Source: an uncultured bacterium (GTDB lineage: Bacteria; Babelota; Babeliae; Babelales; RVW-14). From it: a stretch of 64,000 nucleotides of DNA. The notes under the pieces are model-generated. The model was not told the DNA's origin, searched no databases, and saw nothing but the letters and a program-made list of their open reading frames with translations. The translations under genes and the position numbers were made by a program. This document shows, one piece after another, positions 20,439-30,605 of this stretch (position 1 is the first letter of the stretch; the number at the start of each line of letters is the position of its first letter). The stretch lies in assembly GCA_963759805.1 (NCBI GenBank), contig CAVXAT010000001.1:160001-224000 (forward strand), in the 5' to 3' direction.

Positions 20439-23400
20439 ATGGTTTATAGATTGAGGATTTATAACTTGCTGATAATAGCAAGTCTAGTTTTTGGCATGAA
20501 AATTCCACTGTTTGCAGATGATGTAGTGTACCAAGATCATGGTTGGGCATTCATAGAGAAAGTGCGGGTCAACTGTGGAGATGTGTTATTTTACAGGCAG
20601 CCTCTTGGTTTTGATGCGCTTTTGCCTGAAGGATCCATCATAATAATTAAAGCCCTGAAAACCGGTTTTGGCAATTATTATACTGTTGCAAAACAGGCAG
20701 ATGGAACTTGGGCTGTTAGTGCCAGCGACAAAAGTGGAAAAAAGCAGGAATCGCAATTTTTGGTGTCAAAAGTTGGGGATAATTTTGTATTTACATCTGA
20801 AGTTGCTGACGGATTTGCACTTGCATCGACACCGGATTTTAATGTGACGTTGGTAAGTGAAAAGAATGCGCAAAATGATCCTAAACAAGCTGACTCAATA
20901 CTTTGGGAACTTGTTCCGGATCCAAATGCCGGAAATACACTTGATTCATGTTTTATCAAAAATAAGGCTACCGGCGGGTTTTTAACTGCTATGTACTCAT
21001 CTGCTGGTGGCGACACAACAGGTGATTTAAAAAATCAGATAGATAAATTAGAAAAAGCTACGCCATATCTTGCAATTACGTATGGAATGACACAGGCTGC
21101 TTCTATTGCAAAAGGTGGTACCGATATTAAAGATATTTTGAATCAAAAAATTCTGAATTATGTTATAGATCCTAAAGACGGCTCGCATGTGCAAGTTAAT
21201 GGGACTGGTGGGGTGCTTGAAATACCAGGAAACACAGCTTGGATAGAGCAGTGGACTGGGTTAACAAAGGGACAATGGAATGCTTGGCACTGGAGTAGCG
21301 GGCAAGCTCGTGATATAGAAGTGCACTATATTGAGGGAACTGATAATGCTGAAAAGACATATCATACAACCGAAGATGGGGACCCTAATTATCCTTCAAG
21401 CGCAGACGTCCTTTTTCATATTCATGCTGATCCAACAAAACATCCGGCATGGGCACTCAGGCAACAGCTTGCAGGGGCTCAGTTAAAACAGGTTGGTTTA
21501 CAAACACTTAAAACAAGTGATGTTGCACATACAGGATTTAGCGGTGCTGCATTTACTGATGCTACGAACGAATGGTCAAAAATTAAAATAGAAAAAGTAG
21601 TTGATCTTGGTGGTGATGATGATGCCGGGGCTGACAAAGATACAATTGCAGGGGGCTCGGCTCGTGAGATAGGTATTTATGTTAACAAGCGTCCGGAGTT
21701 TAAAGGTTCGGGCGAATTGGATCTTCCGAATTTTGTGGCTGGTACGGTTGTAACTGTTAATTCTCAATCTATTTCTTGGCTTTCCGAGTCGTTGACAACG
21801 CCTGGGCGTGGAATGGTCAGCTTCAGAGCAATGGCCGACCAAAGTGATGTTACAGTCTGTTTTTCAGATTCAATTTCCATGTTTCCTGTGTATCGAATTG
21901 TGTATGGAGCTGCTGCAAACACTAAAACAATAATTTATAAAAATGATGTTCCTGTTCAAGAGATTAGTAATGACCAGAACGAAAATGCTCACATAGCTCC
22001 GGGTGTAATGGAAACATGTTGGGTAAGTTTGAACAATGGATTTATAATTGTTGGAAAGGGTGATCCGGGTTCAATTATTCTTATGGCTTGGCAGGATCCG
22101 ACACCGGCATCGGGCATAGAACGTGTTGGTTTGAGTGCATATAAAACAAAGGTTAAGTATACCGATGTAGAAAAATTAGATGTTCCAATTATAACCGTTG
22201 CTCCTTACGCCCCATATGTTCGTGATTCTAATCCAATTCAAGTTGGAACCGATCAGGCCCCTGCCTGGTACAAAATGCCACTGTCACCGGCAGATTCGGG
22301 CACAATTGCCTTTCAGGCAACAGGAAGTGAGCAGGCTAATTTTGTTTTGGCAGATGATCAAGGAGAAGGGTATATCATTTCTTTTGGTGCTGATGGAAAT
22401 ACTTGCACAAAAATTCTAGATCTTAAAGGTGGCGGAGAGCTTTATGCTGTTTATTCAACAATTAGTGCGATGACGCGACCTACTGAGCTTGCTGCATCAC
22501 TTCCAACATCTGTGCAGCCTCCAACTAGTACACCTGCAGCTACTACTTCCAGTGCACCTACGACTGGAACATCTGTTGCTACTGCTGCGCTTGCGACTTC
22601 TGGTGCGGCTGGGGATTCTACTGCCAGCACACCTGTTGTCAGCACGACTGGAACTTCTGCATCAACTTCCCCTGCGACAGGCACTTCTGCAACAGCCGCA
22701 CCTGCTGCAACTCCAATTATTCCAGGTAGTAAAGCAGCTATAACTAAAACAGGCCTATCGTCCCTGGCGATTTTAGACACAAATAAACCGAATAAATTTT
22801 GGGTAAGTTATTACAAAGGAAGAATAATTTTAGGAAAAGGCGAGGTAGGCCAAAATCCTTTCTGTATCTATGTTGATGTTGGCGCGCCAAAAGGTGTCTC
22901 CAAAATTGGATTTAGCGGTAAATCTTCAATTAACAATGTGGCAATTTGGCCGGAACTGGAGCTTAATTTTGAACCGCCGAAATCAGAGTATGATAAGCAG
23001 GCTGAGTTTTCACCATTTACAGGTAGTTTGATTGTTATAAGTCCTTTTTGGTACTCAGTTAATCAAGAAGGGCCGGCTGTAACGTTTACCGATAGGGTAA
23101 CAGGAATGGCATTTTATACCGGTTCAACACCACAGCCTGCTACCCAATATCATTTTACGATTGATATTGAACAGACCGGAATTCCGAAACTTACGCCATT
23201 GTGGACCGATCCTTCAGCGAAGATGAATGAGTTGCAAGCGCAAGTTACAATGGCTTCAGGTCAAGAAGATGCATCTATGAGAATTTCACAAGCCATGGCA
23301 GGTGGTGCAGGTGGAATGATGCCGGTTACCAATATTCTTGCTTTGGCCTTATCAGGTGTTGCCGGCGCTGCAGGTGCAGGTTGGGCTGCAGCAGGGGCAG

Positions 23401-24701
23401 ATGCTACATCAAAATTAAATGAATTACAGCAGTTGGCAAACCGTTACATTTACACTGAACAAGTTTCTCAAAATTTAAAGGGAGCAGCGGAGATTCAAGC
23501 TGAAGCCCAAGCTAATCGTCAGACTTTGGAGGGTACTGAAGAACCTGCAATAATTGCATTGCAACTGCAAGATGCTGCACAGCTTGATAACGCAACAAAG
23601 CATTGGGAAACTGTTTTGGGATTGATTACAGATGGTTATGTTGTGCAGAACAAATCTACTAAAACATGGATTTTAAGTGGTCTTGAAGAGGCTTATGATG
23701 CGGTTAAGAGCATTGATTTGACAACGGTCTCTTTGCCAATTTACAATCGCATGCTCAAGTGCTTGATGATGGCGTACAATAATGCATATTTAACAAAACC
23801 AGGCGATGCTACAGATCAGGCACACAAGAGTGATTGGTACCTGTGGATTAACCAACTATCTAAAACACTGTTTAGTTCTCCTGCTTTGTTGGCGCAGGGA
23901 ATAGAGGTTGATTTCAAAGGTGAATATTTGTGGGTTCCAATTCCGTTTGCTAAACCGGGACAAGGATCAGTTGTATTTGAAGCACAAGCGTTCGATAATA
24001 TTTTTGTTGGATTTAGCGAGAATCCATTAAAGCAACATAATGTTTCTGATCGTATGTATGAATGCGTTATTGGAATGTGGGATAACACGACTTTTTCAAT
24101 TCATCGTAAGAATTTGGGCGACGAAGTTTATGGATTTAAGCTCAGCGACAAGCCTGAAATGACTCCTGATCCATCGGATTTTAAAAAGTACTGGATTAAT
24201 ATTGTCAATGGCAAGATATCCGGTGGTGTAGGTGATCTTGGTCAGAATAAGTTGTGGGAATGGCAGGATCCATATCCTGCACCTGCTGTTAAATACGTTG
24301 GCTTTAGTAATTGGCTTTCAAAGATTACATTTAGGAACATTAAAGTTGGATATCCATTTGTGGAAGGGGCTGGCTTTAAACCAGCAGTACAGACTGCTAC
24401 TCCGGTAGCTGCTGCGCAACCTGCACCTTCAGCCGTTGATACATCAGTAGCTTCTGCCCCAGCTGATACCTCTGCCGCACCTTCAGTTGATACTTCGGCC
24501 GCAGCCCAAGTTGATACATCGGTCGCAGCTCCAGCAGATACTTCTACAGCTGATACCTCGGTCGCAGCTTCAGTTGATACCTCGGCAACAGCAGATACTT
24601 CAGCAACACCAGATACTTCAGCAGCGGCTTCAGTCGATACCTCGGCTGTTGATACCTCCGCCGTAGCTCCAGCTGATACCTCGACCGTTCCTGCAGCCTA
24701 G
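20439..24701 (+). CDS. Paralogous large secreted FAMeT-like repeat protein with Ser/Thr/Ala/Pro-rich insert and tail
   Basis: Collinear with 16564-20394 (DHGWA, LKTGFG, SEVADGF, KNDVPVQEI, FKGEYLW, FKKYWINI, GFSNWLS); low-complexity insert at about 22470-22750. Confidence 0.7.
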   Translation: MVYRLRIYNLLIIASLVFGMKIPLFADDVVYQDHGWAFIEKVRVNCGDVLFYRQPLGFDALLPEGSIIIIKALKTGFGNYYTVAKQADGTWAVSASDKSGKKQESQFLVSKVGDNFVFTSEVADGFALASTPDFNVTLVSEKNAQNDPKQADSILWELVPDPNAGNTLDSCFIKNKATGGFLTAMYSSAGGDTTGDLKNQIDKLEKATPYLAITYGMTQAASIAKGGTDIKDILNQKILNYVIDPKDGSHVQVNGTGGVLEIPGNTAWIEQWTGLTKGQWNAWHWSSGQARDIEVHYIEGTDNAEKTYHTTEDGDPNYPSSADVLFHIHADPTKHPAWALRQQLAGAQLKQVGLQTLKTSDVAHTGFSGAAFTDATNEWSKIKIEKVVDLGGDDDAGADKDTIAGGSAREIGIYVNKRPEFKGSGELDLPNFVAGTVVTVNSQSISWLSESLTTPGRGMVSFRAMADQSDVTVCFSDSISMFPVYRIVYGAAANTKTIIYKNDVPVQEISNDQNENAHIAPGVMETCWVSLNNGFIIVGKGDPGSIILMAWQDPTPASGIERVGLSAYKTKVKYTDVEKLDVPIITVAPYAPYVRDSNPIQVGTDQAPAWYKMPLSPADSGTIAFQATGSEQANFVLADDQGEGYIISFGADGNTCTKILDLKGGGELYAVYSTISAMTRPTELAASLPTSVQPPTSTPAATTSSAPTTGTSVATAALATSGAAGDSTASTPVVSTTGTSASTSPATGTSATAAPAATPIIPGSKAAITKTGLSSLAILDTNKPNKFWVSYYKGRIILGKGEVGQNPFCIYVDVGAPKGVSKIGFSGKSSINNVAIWPELELNFEPPKSEYDKQAEFSPFTGSLIVISPFWYSVNQEGPAVTFTDRVTGMAFYTGSTPQPATQYHFTIDIEQTGIPKLTPLWTDPSAKMNELQAQVTMASGQEDASMRISQAMAGGAGGMMPVTNILALALSGVAGAAGAGWAAAGADATSKLNELQQLANRYIYTEQVSQNLKGAAEIQAEAQANRQTLEGTEEPAIIALQLQDAAQLDNATKHWETVLGLITDGYVVQNKSTKTWILSGLEEAYDAVKSIDLTTVSLPIYNRMLKCLMMAYNNAYLTKPGDATDQAHKSDWYLWINQLSKTLFSSPALLAQGIEVDFKGEYLWVPIPFAKPGQGSVVFEAQAFDNIFVGFSENPLKQHNVSDRMYECVIGMWDNTTFSIHRKNLGDEVYGFKLSDKPEMTPDPSDFKKYWINIVNGKISGGVGDLGQNKLWEWQDPYPAPAVKYVGFSNWLSKITFRNIKVGYPFVEGAGFKPAVQTATPVAAAQPAPSAVDTSVASAPADTSAAPSVDTSAAAQVDTSVAAPADTSTADTSVAASVDTSATADTSATPDTSAAASVDTSAVDTSAVAPADTSTVPAA
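24420..24698 (+). repeat. Coding tandem repeat (V/A)DTS(A/V)AA(P)
   Basis: Recurrent GATAC(A/C/T)TC units encoding DTS more than ten times. Confidence 0.85.
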
Positions 24702-24742
24702 GCAAATACCAATTGCTGTTGAATAAGTAGTATAAAATGGGA

Positions 24743-24784
24743 TATAAAAAGAAGAGGGGCCAACGTGGCCCTTCTTCTTTTATA
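24743..24784. terminator. Bidirectional rho-independent terminator
   Basis: TATAAAAAGAAGAGGGGCCA-acg-TGGCCCTTCTTCTTTTATA. Confidence 0.8.
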
Positions 24785-24801
24785 AACGTCAGGAGGGTTG
24801 G

Positions 24802-27765
24802 ATGCAAAAAATGTTAAAAAAAATAGCGAGAACCTTTTTGGGGGTGTTGATTCTGAGTGTGTTTATTTGTTCATATGCTTTTGCTTCTATGGCAGAGCCA
24901 GAGGCGGCAGAGCTAGTTGCGCAAAGATCTTTTGAGGTTAAGAGAGCTGCTGCGGCTGAGGCTGCGGAGGCCAGGTCAAAAAGAGCCGCCGAGACGAAGG
25001 AAAAAGCTGCTGAGCTTGCAAAAGCTCCGGAAAAACTGGTTGAACCTGCAAAAGTTTCAGGAGAAGCAAAACCTGCTGAACCTACAAAAGCTCCAGTAGG
25101 GGCAAAAGCTGAACAGCTTGTCAAACCTTTACCAGAGATACCTAAAACAGGAGAAGCCAAAGCAAAAGCCGTAGAGCCCGAATCTCTCCAGCAGAAGAAG
25201 CTAGAGGCTATGGGGATTTCTGCAGAAGGGGGAGTGGGTAAAAAGTTTACGTCGTATGTGGCTAAAAAATTAGGAAAAATTGCTCCTGAAAAAATGGCAA
25301 AACTAGAGAAAGTAGTTAATAAGTGCAATGCGCGACTTGGAGCTGGTCAACCGGCGCGGCAAAAAAGCAAAATAGAGAAATGGCTTGAAAAAATTAATGA
25401 TAAGTTATCATTTGGCTCGGGAAGCTCATTGGCTAAGGACAAAGATGTTGATATCCGCCTTGCATCTACGGATCCGGAGCACCAAAAACAGGTGGAAGGA
25501 ACACGCGAGGAGGCTAAGAAAGAGTTAGTTACTCAAGATTTAGCTTATGAATTTAAAAAACAAGGTATGAATTCGCAAGCGGCCGAAGATCTTGCTAAAG
25601 GAGCAATGGATGACCCAAAGGCTTTGGAAACTAAATATATAAACGACGATATTGAAAAGCATTTTTCTACTGAAGCGGAGAAACCAGAGTGGCAGACGCT
25701 TAAAAAACAGTTGAAAGATCAATATATAATAAAAGAAGGTAAGAGCAAGGAGGATGCTGAGAAACTTGCAATGGCAGATGTAGCGGCCAAAATTAAGGAA
25801 ACGGTTTCCGTTCCTGATAAAATAGTGCAAGCTGCTAAAAAGCGGGCATCCGAGAATCTGCAAGAAGTGAATAAGAAAATAACTCCAGAGGATATAGAAT
25901 CTGCCACAAAGGATAAGTTAAAGGCTGCGATTGCGGATGAAGAATTAGCGAAAAAAGCTGCAAAAAAAATGGCAGAGCTTGAAAAAAGTAATCCCGAAAA
26001 AGTTATAAAAATGAAAGCTGAAATTGCTCAAGATTTGGCTAAAGGTGGCAAAAAGTATGGTGCGCTTTTGGAGAAAGTTAAAGAGAAAACAAAATTGGAA
26101 GATTCGGATATTAAGCAATTACTTGAAGATCCCGGAACAAAATATTTGTTAATGCGGGATGTTGCAAAGGAAGAGATAAAAGAGAACATGAAAAAAACTT
26201 TGTCTGATAGGATTAGTGAGGCTTTTGAGACAGAAAAGCTTAACGCGGCTTTAAATAATAATAAGGCAATAGGCATAGCATTGGTGGCAGGGGCATTGTT
26301 GACAGTGGCTGTAGGCTTGATAGAAAAACAGGTTACACAATCAATTGACAATTATTATGCAACCTTCAAAGGGGAAACACCTCCCGGGCTTGATCTTGGT
26401 GGGCAATCCACATATGGCAGTGATCAATTAACGCCTGAAGATCAAAAAAATATGGACGCATTAGATAAGCTTGCAACATTTTATTCGACGATGGATGTCA
26501 GATTTAAAAACACTTTGAGCAAATTTGATTATGATGACATAGTGTTTCAGACTGCTGAAAAATTGAATTACGCAGGTGGTGCAATGACTGCGGGAATCGC
26601 ACTGTTGTTTGATTACAAAGACGCCGGCAACATTGCAGAGGGCCTCACTCCAATAGTTGTTCGTTTCTATCCAATGCATGTTTCAGGTAACTCAATTGAT
26701 CCTATGCAGGCTATGGCCGGAGTTACAAATGTGGATGTACTTGAGCTTGTTACTTCACTAAGAAGTTGCAGTCCTGATGTAGTATTCTTTGTAAAAGCAA
26801 TATCATTACTTAATAATGCAAATAAAAAAATTGCCAATCTAACGCAAAGACAGGCATTTTTGAGTGCGCAGATGAATCTGTTATTTGCGCGGCTTCTAAG
26901 AACTGTTGATGATGTGGCAACGCAAAGAGCTAACAGTATCGAACCTGATGAGGATAAGTGGGAATCGGTATACGTGCACTCCCCCGCACAATGTTTTGGG
27001 ACAGCACCAAAAGTTCTACGGGATTTTATGGCGGATCTGACTGTTGATACATTTGATCAAAATGGCAGTGCAACTAAGGTTTCATTTGAACAGTATATTA
27101 TTGATAAGTTTGCGACATTTGACTCTGCGATTAATGTTAAATTTGAAGGTGATTCCGATTATCAACCTGATAATCAAACCCTTGATAATTCTGCCGTAAG
27201 GCAGCGACTTTTCGCCATATTTTCGCGTGCATTAGACGATGTTTTAAGATTAGAAAAAGAGATGATGGATGCAAAAGGACCGGTGAAAATAATAGATGCT
27301 CAAGCAAATGTGCAGATGCTTGATTGTAAAAAGTTCTATGCGGATGTGACACTCGTAGCATCTAACAATCTTAAAAAAGTTCAAGCCAAGTTTATAGATG
27401 CAACTGTTGAATATGCGGCTGACATGACTGATGCGGCCAATTTGAATACGTACAACTCAGCATATACAGATTACATGAATGCGCTTGATGCGTTCACAAA
27501 GGCTGCACTTGAGTTTAGGAAAGAAGCGAGTTTTTATCCTTTTGAGAAAACGTTAGGTTATGAGCCTGAGAGAATTTTGGATTTTATTAAACGTGAATGC
27601 AAGAGGGCTTATCAAAATGCAAAAAATAAGAAGAACTTTACGTCGGTTTTACCAAAAGTATTTGCACCATTTGCCGACAATTTCCCATTTTCTGCACAGG
27701 ACCTTTTGAAATATTCACAAGAACCCGGGCCTGTTAAATCACCGGCTCGATTGGTTGTGGGGTGA
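24802..27765 (+). CDS. Large secreted coiled-coil protein with one central hydrophobic helix, function unknown
   Basis: Signal peptide ending AFASM; Ala/Glu/Lys/Pro-rich then helical region; AIGIALVAGALLTVAVGLI segment. Confidence 0.7.
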   Translation: MQKMLKKIARTFLGVLILSVFICSYAFASMAEPEAAELVAQRSFEVKRAAAAEAAEARSKRAAETKEKAAELAKAPEKLVEPAKVSGEAKPAEPTKAPVGAKAEQLVKPLPEIPKTGEAKAKAVEPESLQQKKLEAMGISAEGGVGKKFTSYVAKKLGKIAPEKMAKLEKVVNKCNARLGAGQPARQKSKIEKWLEKINDKLSFGSGSSLAKDKDVDIRLASTDPEHQKQVEGTREEAKKELVTQDLAYEFKKQGMNSQAAEDLAKGAMDDPKALETKYINDDIEKHFSTEAEKPEWQTLKKQLKDQYIIKEGKSKEDAEKLAMADVAAKIKETVSVPDKIVQAAKKRASENLQEVNKKITPEDIESATKDKLKAAIADEELAKKAAKKMAELEKSNPEKVIKMKAEIAQDLAKGGKKYGALLEKVKEKTKLEDSDIKQLLEDPGTKYLLMRDVAKEEIKENMKKTLSDRISEAFETEKLNAALNNNKAIGIALVAGALLTVAVGLIEKQVTQSIDNYYATFKGETPPGLDLGGQSTYGSDQLTPEDQKNMDALDKLATFYSTMDVRFKNTLSKFDYDDIVFQTAEKLNYAGGAMTAGIALLFDYKDAGNIAEGLTPIVVRFYPMHVSGNSIDPMQAMAGVTNVDVLELVTSLRSCSPDVVFFVKAISLLNNANKKIANLTQRQAFLSAQMNLLFARLLRTVDDVATQRANSIEPDEDKWESVYVHSPAQCFGTAPKVLRDFMADLTVDTFDQNGSATKVSFEQYIIDKFATFDSAINVKFEGDSDYQPDNQTLDNSAVRQRLFAIFSRALDDVLRLEKEMMDAKGPVKIIDAQANVQMLDCKKFYADVTLVASNNLKKVQAKFIDATVEYAADMTDAANLNTYNSAYTDYMNALDAFTKAALEFRKEASFYPFEKTLGYEPERILDFIKRECKRAYQNAKNKKNFTSVLPKVFAPFADNFPFSAQDLLKYSQEPGPVKSPARLVVG

Positions 27766-27849
27766 GAATACAAAAAAGGCGCTGCTGACTTGATAATCAG
27801 TAGCGCCTGAAGTGTTTTGTAAGATTGAATTACTTTCATCGAAGTACTG

Positions 27850-28014
27850 TGTCATCCTGAATTTATTTCAGGATCCATGGATTAGTTGCTCCTATTGCCC
27901 CCTTACAGAAATTTGGAATAAATTTATCCATGGATGCTGAAACGAGTTCAGCATGACAAATCTCTGATTTGAAGGTGCTTTTTACATTACAGGCGCTTTT
28001 TCTGGGTTATCGAA
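27850..28014 (-). repeat. ~165-bp REPIN/MITE-like element, copy 2 (inverted)
   Basis: Reverse-complement homologue of 14224-14388. Confidence 0.85.
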
Positions 28015-28034
28015 TTGGTGTTATTTACTTAACT

Positions 28035-28075
28035 AAAAAAAAGCGACGCTGATATTAAATCAACATCGCCTTTTT
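28035..28075 (-). terminator. ftsZ terminator
   Basis: Minus strand reads GGCGATGTTGAT-ttaat-ATCAGCGTCGC followed by a T run. Confidence 0.7.
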
Positions 28076-28117
28076 GTATTCGCGTATTTTTTTGCGTTTA
28101 CGCTTTTTTAGTTTGTT

Positions 28118-29344
28118 TTATTCAGCATTCTTTTCGCTTGCCAAATCTTTGGCGGCTTTTTTACGCATAAAAGCCGGTGTGTCAAAATCACTTAAGTCGA
28201 TTTTGATATCATCGGATTCTTTTGCGGATTCAGTTAGGTCTGCGTCAGTTGTAGATGTAGCGCCGGTCATGGCTGTACCAGTCATGACTGTAACTTGTGA
28301 TGCGTCGGCTAATGCCGGTTTTGTAAACAGATCGGATGCACGGTTTTTTATGTCAATTTTCTGTGCGGAGCGCGCAAATCCTGTTGCGATGACCGTAATA
28401 ACAATCTCATCTTTAAGATTTGTATCAATTGCAGATCCAAGAATTATGTTCGCATCTTCGCTTGCGTTTTGGCTGATCAGCGTTGTTGCTTGGCTGATTT
28501 CGTGTAGACCTAGATCAATATTGCCGGTTATGTTTATTAAGATGCCTTTGGCTCCATTGATGCTTGAGTTTTCAATCAGCGGTGAATTGATTGCAGCAAG
28601 TGCAGCCTCTTCTGCACGGTTTGCACCGACTGCAGATCCTGTACCCATAACGGCCATGCCTGCCTCTTTCATAATTGCACGCACATCAGCAAAGTCTACG
28701 TTTATGTGCCCAGGTTTTGTAATTATGTCTGAAATGCCTTTTATAGCCTGTTTTAAAATTTCGTTGGATTTTGAAAATGCATCAAGCATCGAAATTTTTG
28801 GGTCTGAGATTTCGAGTAGTCGCTGATTTGGGACTACAATTAATGTATCCACCGATGAGCGAAGTTGTTCAATTGTCTCTTCTGCGTATTTTAATCTACG
28901 TTTACCCTCAAATAAAAATGGTTTTGTTACAACCACAACGGTTAAGATTCCAAGTTCTTTTGCGGCAGCGGCAATAACAGGCAGGGCGCCTGTTCCGGTT
29001 CCGCCACCAAGCCCTGCTGTAAGAAAAAGAATCTCGGTATCTCTTATTTTTTCTGATACCGCTTCTAAATCCTCTTCTGCCGCTCTGCGGCCCAGTTCAG
29101 GATTTGATCCGGCTCCCAATCCTTTTGTTATTTTGGCACCGAGTTGAATTTTGCATGGAGTAGGGGATTGTTGTAATGCCTGTTGATCTGTGTTAGCAAC
29201 TATGAATTCAACAGCTTGAAACTCTTGGCTGCTGACCATGCTGTTTACCGCATTGCTTCCGGCACCACCCACACCAATGACCTTGATGCTTGCGCCAAAT
29301 TTATAACGATTTTCGTCTTCCATTACACTAAGTTCAATCATCAC
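28118..29344 (-). CDS. ftsZ: Cell division protein FtsZ
   Basis: GVGGAGSNAV, GAGSNP, GLGGGTGTG, INVDFADV and C-terminal DTPAFMRK. Confidence 0.98.
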   Translation of the reverse strand: MMIELSVMEDENRYKFGASIKVIGVGGAGSNAVNSMVSSQEFQAVEFIVANTDQQALQQSPTPCKIQLGAKITKGLGAGSNPELGRRAAEEDLEAVSEKIRDTEILFLTAGLGGGTGTGALPVIAAAAKELGILTVVVVTKPFLFEGKRRLKYAEETIEQLRSSVDTLIVVPNQRLLEISDPKISMLDAFSKSNEILKQAIKGISDIITKPGHINVDFADVRAIMKEAGMAVMGTGSAVGANRAEEAALAAINSPLIENSSINGAKGILINITGNIDLGLHEISQATTLISQNASEDANIILGSAIDTNLKDEIVITVIATGFARSAQKIDIKNRASDLFTKPALADASQVTVMTGTAMTGATSTTDADLTESAKESDDIKIDLSDFDTPAFMRKKAAKDLASEKNAE

Positions 29345-29357
29345 TAACTCCTAGATT

Positions 29358-30605
29358 CTAAAAAAAATCGTAAATCCATGTTCTCATTTTTTTAAAAACT
29401 TGCCCAAATGCAGTTTTATTCGCAGAGAAAAATTCCTTCTCCCCGCACTGTCCAATAGCATACAGCAACAGCCCATATGCTGTTGAGTAGGCCGGACTTT
29501 TTAGTGCATCCGGAAGAATGTACTGCTCCGTACTTTGAGGTGACCCCACTCGCACAGGCATATCAAGTCTTTGCTCTGCAAGCTCTTTAAGTCCGTCAAG
29601 CAGCCCGCCTCCTCCTGTTAAAACCAGGCCTGCAGGCATAAGTGGTTTAACTCTGTACGCAAGTAATTCATCAATGAGCATGTCTATAACTTCTTCTGCT
29701 CGGAAGCGTAAAATATCTCCCGCATTGCTTAACTGTACAGTTTTTGTTCCGCCATCAAATCCTAAATCTACGTCTATGTAATTATTTTCGAGGGAGGCAA
29801 GTTTTTCAGGTAAAACCGACCCATACATTTTTTTAATCTCTTCAGCTTTTTCTGTTGGGATTCCAAGACCTATTGCCAAGTCATTTGTAAAAAGCGTGCC
29901 TGCTATTGGAATAACTTTTGAGTGCCTTATTCTACCGTCTTTGTAAATTGCAAAATCAGAAGTTCCGCCGCCAATATCAAGAATTCCGGCCCCGAGTTCT
30001 TTTTCATAAGGTGTAAGAACTGCATTAGCTGATGCGAGTTGTTCCAGAACGATATCTGAAACATGGACTCCGGAAAGCTCGCATGATTTTATTATATTTT
30101 GTGCAGAAGCGACTGATCCGGTGATTATGTGTACTTGAGCTTCAAGTCGTACGCCATACATGCCAAGCGAGTCTAAAACAAAATCTTGTCCGTCAATTCT
30201 GAAATATTGAGGAAGGACGTGGATTATCTCTTGATCTTTGGGAATGGCTATCGCTTTTGCTGCTTCAATTACTCTGTCGATATCTGACTGTTTGACTTCA
30301 CGTCCTTTAATGGCAACAACGCCTGTTGAATTGAACGATCTTATGTGCCCGCCGGATATTCCCACGCAGGCAGATTCAATTTTGACTGCAGCCATCTCTT
30401 CGGCTTGTTTGACTGCTTTTTTAATCGAATCAACAGTCTTATTGATATTTACGACAACGCCCTTTTTTAATCCATGTGATGGATGTTGGCCAATACCTGT
30501 TATTTCAAGGTTGCCATTTACATCAGTTGTCGCAATTATGACGCAAATTTTCGTCGTTCCGATATCAATTGCAGCAACGTGCCTTCCAAACAGTTTCTTC
30601 TTCAT
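29358..30605 (-). CDS. ftsA: Cell division protein FtsA
   Basis: IDIGTTKI, GVRLEAQVHI, DIGGGTSD, VLTGGG, YSTAYGLL. Confidence 0.97.
   Translation of the reverse strand: MKKKLFGRHVAAIDIGTTKICVIIATTDVNGNLEITGIGQHPSHGLKKGVVVNINKTVDSIKKAVKQAEEMAAVKIESACVGISGGHIRSFNSTGVVAIKGREVKQSDIDRVIEAAKAIAIPKDQEIIHVLPQYFRIDGQDFVLDSLGMYGVRLEAQVHIITGSVASAQNIIKSCELSGVHVSDIVLEQLASANAVLTPYEKELGAGILDIGGGTSDFAIYKDGRIRHSKVIPIAGTLFTNDLAIGLGIPTEKAEEIKKMYGSVLPEKLASLENNYIDVDLGFDGGTKTVQLSNAGDILRFRAEEVIDMLIDELLAYRVKPLMPAGLVLTGGGGLLDGLKELAEQRLDMPVRVGSPQSTEQYILPDALKSPAYSTAYGLLLYAIGQCGEKEFFSANKTAFGQVFKKMRTWIYDFF

Noticed and set aside
16564..24701. True methyltransferase activity of the FAMeT-like proteins
   Set aside because: No SAM-binding Rossmann motif is visible; the family name reflects homology only.
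28074..28826. 250-aa ORF antisense to ftsZ, and similar shadow ORFs (24789-25328, 30238-30627, 35747-36139)
   Set aside because: They mirror well-supported genes on the opposite strand and show no motifs.
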